Shown: in pieces, positions 59,464-64,000 of the stretch
Numbering within the stretch: the stretch's first letter is position 1
How the letters are laid out: every line of letters starts with the position of its first letter
Source: an uncultured Gammaproteobacteria bacterium
GTDB lineage: Bacteria > Pseudomonadota > Gammaproteobacteria > GCA-001735895
Direction of reading: 5' to 3'
Assembly: GCA_947260025.1 (NCBI GenBank)
Contig: CAMYON010000013.1
Location: forward strand, 20,806-84,805
DNA: 64,000 nucleotides
The notes under the pieces: model-generated
Databases searched by the model: none
The model's input: only the letters and a program-made list of their open reading frames with translations
Told to the model about the DNA's origin: nothing
Program-made: the position numbers and the translations under genes

Positions 59464-59721
59464 TTCGATCTCCGTCTTATACACGTCAAGTTGGACAATT
59501 GCGCATCATTCTAAGTTCCTCGACAGGGGATAGCAAGCTATTCCAGACCTTTCGGAACCGACCTTCGCGGCATACTTTCTGCAACCCTAGGTGTGGTTTA
59601 AATGCTATATTTCAAGCAATAAATCCCGACATTAATTAATGACTAGCGGGCGTAAATGTTTATAATACGCCAGCGTTTCAGCAGGATTACAGCCTGCAAC
59701 CAACGCGCACTTAAATTATCA

Positions 59722-59809
59722 GGAGAGCTGGCAGAGTGGTCGAATGCGGCGGTCTTGAAAACCGTTGACCCGAAAGGGTCCGGGGGTTCGAATCCCTCGC
59801 TCTCCGCCA
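59722..59809 (+). tRNA. tRNA-Ser (anticodon TGA)
   Basis: GGAGAGC/GCTCTCC acceptor stem, anticodon TGA at 59756-59758, long variable arm, GTTCGAATCC T-loop and encoded CCA. TATAAT lies upstream at 59661. Confidence 0.97.
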
Positions 59810-59849
59810 TCCATGGGGGGTTCGAATCCCTCGCTCTCCGCCATCCATG
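59782..59849. repeat. Exact 34-bp tandem duplication of the tRNA 3' end
   Basis: GGGGGTTCGAATCCCTCGCTCTCCGCCATCCATG at 59782-59815 and again at 59816-59849. Confidence 0.95.
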
Positions 59850-59876
59850 AAAAAGCCCCCGCCAGGGGGTTTTTTT
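59850..59876 (+). terminator. tRNA terminator (possibly bidirectional)
   Basis: AAAAAGCCCCC-GCCA-GGGGGTTTTTTT. Confidence 0.8.
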
Positions 59877-59998
59877 ATGGGTGGTTGATACCGAGGGTGC
59901 AGAGCACCCCCGTGGTTCGACCAATTCGCCAGGGCAGGGCATTTGCATTAAACCTTCCAAGCCTGCCTAATTAAGCTTTTAACGGTAGTTACCAGGAT

Positions 59999-60826
59999 AT
60001 GCCTGAAGGACCTGAAATTCGATTGGCAGCGGACCGAATCGCACAAGCGCTGGTAGGCCGTAAAGCCAAACGCGTTAGCTTTGCTTTCGACGGGTTAAAG
60101 GAATTCGAACCGAAATTAAGCGGGCACCGCGTAGTAGATGTCAAAACCCGCGGCAAAGCCATACTGACCTGTTTCGAAAATGACTGGGTAATTTACAGCC
60201 ACAATCAACTTTACGGCCGCTGGTACGTATGCCCCGCGGGACAAATGCCACAAACCAGACGTCAGCTCAGGCTGGCAATAGAAAACCAGAAATACAGTGC
60301 CATGCTATACAGCGCTTCCGATATCGAGGTCATGCCTCGACGGCATCTGGATAAACACCCGTTTCTTGCCCGAATCGGGCCAGATCTGCTCAGTGATAAG
60401 CCAGGTGCAGATCTGATCGTGGCACGTTTGACAGCGGATGAATTCCGCAATCGACGACTCGCCGGCCTGTTACTCGACCAGAAATTTCTCGCGGGCCTCG
60501 GCAACTATTTACGTGCCGAAATATTAACCCATGCCGGGCTTCACCCGATGCGAAAGCCTGCTGACTGTAGCGAAAAACAGCTGTTAAAACTTGCGAAAAC
60601 TATTATCAGGCTTACGCATCGCTCTTACCGGACGCACGGTATCATCAATCCACCCTCACTGGTCAAGCGACTGCGGGCGGAAGGTAAGACCAACAGAGAA
60701 GACTACCGCTTCAATACCTATAACCGGGCCGGCCAACCCTGCTATTTCTGCGGCCAGCAAATCGTCTTTTCGAATGCCGGAGGTCGAAAAATGTATTTCT
60801 GTCCGTCCTGCCAGGTAACCCCCTGA
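59999..60826 (+). CDS. nei: Endonuclease VIII (Fpg/Nei DNA glycosylase)
   Basis: N-terminal PEGPE, RGKA, HNQLYG, H2TH motif LLDQKFLAGLGNY and zinc finger CYFC/CPSC. Confidence 0.9.
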   Translation: MPEGPEIRLAADRIAQALVGRKAKRVSFAFDGLKEFEPKLSGHRVVDVKTRGKAILTCFENDWVIYSHNQLYGRWYVCPAGQMPQTRRQLRLAIENQKYSAMLYSASDIEVMPRRHLDKHPFLARIGPDLLSDKPGADLIVARLTADEFRNRRLAGLLLDQKFLAGLGNYLRAEILTHAGLHPMRKPADCSEKQLLKLAKTIIRLTHRSYRTHGIINPPSLVKRLRAEGKTNREDYRFNTYNRAGQPCYFCGQQIVFSNAGGRKMYFCPSCQVTP

Positions 60827-60986
60827 TATGGTTTGGTTACAATATTCGGGACTTTAGAGCACATATTCTGGTACTTTCCCCAATTTAGTTGCATATTAAA
60901 ACTTTTAGGAGCAGCCTCGTCGACGATCCACGGGGATACAGCTATTAAAAATTCTGCCCCGTGCTCTGACAAGAGAGGAGGGGCTG

Positions 60987-62516
60987 ATGACTTGTTTCAA
61001 CACGTTACGTTATTCAAGCCATATCATACTGACGATATCGGGGTTGTTGCTCACGTCCTGTGCCAGCAAGTCCGACCATCCACTGAGTGGGCCTGATGAT
61101 CCCGGGGCATCCACGTTCAAGACTTCGCTGGGTTCTTTTGGTGAACCTGATCAACGCGATAACACGACAAGACAGTCGGAAAGTTTCGAGAGCGGCGCCG
61201 GTCTGTTGGGTAAGACATTGCTGGTCGACCCCCTGGTAAGACCCTTTTCGACAGTCAAGGCGCTATATGGAGCGGCAGTCAAATCCACCGGTGGATTTCT
61301 GGAAAGAACGCTGATCGAGAGAGTCCGATTTCCATTACTCGAACGTAAAGCCATACCTGAATTGAGCACTGCCATACCGATGGAGATGGACACCTGGAAT
61401 ACCCATCTCGATGCGCTCACCTCGACCACGGCCTCCAGCGGCAGCATCCGCTTTCTCGTCGATGGAGAGGCTTATTTCAACCGTCTCGATCAGGCAATCA
61501 GACAGTCTGATGAGTCCATCGATATCCGCACTTACATTTACGATAATGATGACGTTGCCCTGCAGGTGGCCGACCTGCTGCGTGCGCGATCCGACGAGAT
61601 TGATGTCAGAATCATGGTCGATGGCCTGGCGGATCTGTTCGCCACTCGTCTCGATTCGAGCAGCATGCCTGCGACCGTCGAGTTGCCGCCATCGATTTCG
61701 GACTACCTGAGCTACAACAGCAAGATTGAATTTCGTAAGCAATCCAACCCGTGGTTTACCGGGGATCATGCCAAGATAACCATTATCGATCGAGAACTCG
61801 CTTTCCTCGGCGGTATGAATATTGGCCGTGAATATCGCCACGACTGGCACGACCTGATGATGGAGATCGAAGGTCCGGTAGTGCAGGAGCTGCAGTTTCA
61901 GTTCGACCTGTCCTGGGCCAAGGCGGGCATGCTCGGGGACCTGGGTTGGTTTCTCACCGCGCTGAAGGGATACCAGCAGGACGAGGTTGAAGGGGATTAT
62001 CCGGTTCGTATCCTGACCACTACGATTCATGATTCGGAACTTTACCGCGCACAGATCGCGGCGATCAGGCGATCCCGCAGTTACATCTATATCGAGAATG
62101 CCTATTTCTCCGATGACAAGCTGCTGTATGAGCTGGCCAAGGCGAGGCGACGGGGAGTAGACGTTCGAGTCATTCTGCCAGTAGAAGGGGATAGCGGAAT
62201 ACTGAATCTGAGCAACCAAAAGACGATAAATACGATGTTGCGGAACGGCATTCGTGTCTACAGTTATCCAGGAATGACGCATCTCAAGGCAGCGGTATAT
62301 GACGGCTGGGCTTGCCTGGGTTCGGCAAACTTCGACAAGCTCAGCCTGCAAATCAACCAGGAAATTAACCTCGCGTTTTCAGATCCGGACGCGGTGGCAC
62401 AGTTGATGGAACAGGTGTTTTACCCCGATTTTGCGAAATCGACGGAATTGCAGCAGGCCCTGCCACTGGCCGGCAGGCACCACTTTGCAGAATTGATCGC
62501 GGACGAACTCTTCTGA
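60987..62516 (+). CDS. Phospholipase D/cardiolipin synthase-like protein, probable lipoprotein
   Basis: Two HKD motifs (HAKITIID...GGMN; HLKAAVYD...GSAN) and a lipobox-like LLTSC. Confidence 0.85.
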   Translation: MTCFNTLRYSSHIILTISGLLLTSCASKSDHPLSGPDDPGASTFKTSLGSFGEPDQRDNTTRQSESFESGAGLLGKTLLVDPLVRPFSTVKALYGAAVKSTGGFLERTLIERVRFPLLERKAIPELSTAIPMEMDTWNTHLDALTSTTASSGSIRFLVDGEAYFNRLDQAIRQSDESIDIRTYIYDNDDVALQVADLLRARSDEIDVRIMVDGLADLFATRLDSSSMPATVELPPSISDYLSYNSKIEFRKQSNPWFTGDHAKITIIDRELAFLGGMNIGREYRHDWHDLMMEIEGPVVQELQFQFDLSWAKAGMLGDLGWFLTALKGYQQDEVEGDYPVRILTTTIHDSELYRAQIAAIRRSRSYIYIENAYFSDDKLLYELAKARRRGVDVRVILPVEGDSGILNLSNQKTINTMLRNGIRVYSYPGMTHLKAAVYDGWACLGSANFDKLSLQINQEINLAFSDPDAVAQLMEQVFYPDFAKSTELQQALPLAGRHHFAELIADELF

Positions 62517-62572
62517 CTATTCGATCGGACTAGTACTATAATTTGAACGAACTGGGAGTGGAGAGTACGGAT

Positions 62573-63331
62573 ATGTCTCAAACAAGACCGTTAATTGATA
62601 CTTTGAAACAGGAGTTAAGGAAACAACGGATCACCTACAAGGAAGTTTCAGTAGCCCTCGAGCTATCCGAAACCAGCGTCAAGCGGCTATTTTCCGAAGA
62701 AGCATTTTCTATCAAACGACTCGAAAAAGTGTGCGAGCTGCTGCACCTCGATATCAGCGACCTGGTCTACCTGATGGAAAAGAACATCGAATTGACCACC
62801 GAGCTGAGCCTGGAGCAGGAACAGGAGCTGGTATCGGACGTCAAGCTTTTGCTGGTCGCGCTACTGTTGATGAACAAGCTGACATTCAGGGAAATCCTGT
62901 TGATCTACGATATTTCCGAAACCGAAGGCATTCGGTTACTGGCACGTCTCGACCGTATGAAGATCATCGAGTTGCAGCCGGGTAACCGCGTTAAGCTGAT
63001 GATTTCCCAAAATTTCCAGTGGATTCCGGGCGGCCCGATCCAGCAGTTCTTTGAAAGCAAAGTACAGCTGGAATTCCTCGATTCGTCGTTCAACGGTGCC
63101 GGCGAGTTCCGGATTTTTGTTTCAGGTATGATTTCGAAGACAGGCAACGCCGAAATCATCAAGAAAATGCAGCACCTGGCCAAGGAAATGAATGATATGA
63201 ATGTCGAGTCCGAATCCCTGCCATTGGACCAGCGCTTCGGTAGCAGCCTGATGATGGCGATACGTCCCTGGGAAATAAAAGTGTTTAAAGATTTGCGGCG
63301 GATCGAGGATAAACGTATTTTCGGCGACTAA
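62573..63331 (+). CDS. XRE-family HTH transcriptional regulator
   Basis: ITYKEVSVALELSETSVKRLFS HTH with a long C-terminal domain. TATAAT (62537) and a TAGTACTA palindrome lie upstream. Confidence 0.8.
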   Translation: MSQTRPLIDTLKQELRKQRITYKEVSVALELSETSVKRLFSEEAFSIKRLEKVCELLHLDISDLVYLMEKNIELTTELSLEQEQELVSDVKLLLVALLLMNKLTFREILLIYDISETEGIRLLARLDRMKIIELQPGNRVKLMISQNFQWIPGGPIQQFFESKVQLEFLDSSFNGAGEFRIFVSGMISKTGNAEIIKKMQHLAKEMNDMNVESESLPLDQRFGSSLMMAIRPWEIKVFKDLRRIEDKRIFGD

Positions 63332-63370
63332 AGCACTCTACACTTTGCCCATGGCTGGCTCTGATTTTCG

Positions 63371-64000
63371 ATGATCAATATTCTGACCTACAACATCCAC
63401 AAGGGATTCGATCGCTTCAACCGCGATTTTGTCCTGCACAAGATCAAGGACCAGCTGCACGATGCCGAGGTCGATGTCGTACTGCTGCAGGAAATCCAGG
63501 GGCGCCATTTTCATCATGAAACCGCTATTTCGAGCTGGCCGGAGGTTAGCCAGTTCGAATTCCTGGCGGACAGTATCTGGCCGCATTACGCCTATGGCAA
63601 GAACGCGATTTATCGCAAAGGTCATCACGGCAACGCCATACTCAGCAAGTACCTGATTGCCGAGTGGAATAATCTCAACCTGTCACGCTTTCAACGGGCC
63701 AGCCGCAGCATGTTACATGGCAGGATCGAATTGCCTGACGCGCAGGGTCCGCTGCATCTGCTTTGCGTACACCTCGATTTGATAGGCTTCGAGCGTAAAC
63801 GCCAGATTCGAGAATTGAGACACTATATAGAAGCCACTATCCAGAACCACGAGCCGATCATTCTCGGCGGAGATTTTAACGACTGGCATGGAGGACTTGG
63901 CAGAACCCTGGAATCGCAATTGGGAATGCAGGAAGCTTTCCGAAAGATGTACGGTAGCTACGCCAAAACCTTCCCTTCGCATCGACCAATGCTGCGTATG
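63371..64000 (+). CDS. Endonuclease/exonuclease/phosphatase (YbhP-like), truncated by the window end
   Basis: Manual translation: MINILTYNIHKGF...LLQEIQG...QFEFLADSIWPHYAYGKNA...HGNAILS...GGDFNDW. The frame stays open to 64000. Confidence 0.88.
   Translation, partial: MINILTYNIHKGFDRFNRDFVLHKIKDQLHDAEVDVVLLQEIQGRHFHHETAISSWPEVSQFEFLADSIWPHYAYGKNAIYRKGHHGNAILSKYLIAEWNNLNLSRFQRASRSMLHGRIELPDAQGPLHLLCVHLDLIGFERKRQIRELRHYIEATIQNHEPIILGGDFNDWHGGLGRTLESQLGMQEAFRKMYGSYAKTFPSHRPMLRM

Noticed and set aside
59722-59809. Possible selenocysteine or suppressor tRNA
   Set aside because: The anticodon is TGA, which reads UCA (Ser), not TCA; the acceptor stem is a normal 7 bp.
59643-59974. ORFs overlapping the tRNA
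   Set aside because: Spurious translations of the tRNA and its duplicated 3' end.
61335-62351. 338-aa minus-strand ORF, and similar long antisense ORFs over gyrA, rpsA, pyrG, rpfG and the SABATH gene
   Set aside because: Each lies wholly opposite a motif-supported gene, as expected from codon bias.
59999-64000. PLD plus EEP plus HTH as an anti-phage defence system
   Set aside because: The PLD has two cardiolipin-synthase-type HKD motifs and a lipobox, and the EEP is YbhP-like. Lipid metabolism is the simpler reading.

Overview
A GC-rich gammaproteobacterial chromosome segment, mostly housekeeping genes: suhB/trmJ, an isc operon, gnnAB-like genes with lpxB, rnhB-dnaE, yciK-gph-ubiG-mtaD, gyrA-pheA-hisC-tyrA-aroA-cmk-rpsA-ihfB-lapB-pyrF, accA-tilS-cmoAB, pyrG-kdsA-eno-ftsB-ispD and tRNA-Ser(UGA). 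Most notable: (1) a complete Xanthomonas-style DSF quorum-sensing module (rpfF facing rpfG-rpfC) right after the isc operon, with a perfect CRP/Clp-type box upstream of rpfF and an RpfC that carries an extra degenerate receiver domain; (2) an atypical isc operon with no iscU, whose IscR lacks three of the four canonical [2Fe-2S] ligands but keeps a type-1 IscR operator; (3) a TRAP transporter with oversized membrane subunits, a plant-like SABATH methyltransferase and a persulfide dioxygenase-rhodanese fusion; (4) gnnA/gnnB-like genes next to lpxB, predicting diaminoglucose lipid A. Three small indels may be real or assembly artefacts: a deletion in a response regulator, a 67-bp duplication in an MFS gene and a 34-bp duplication of the tRNA 3' end. 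I found no CRISPR array, integrase or IS. All family calls come from motif recognition by eye; no database search was run.
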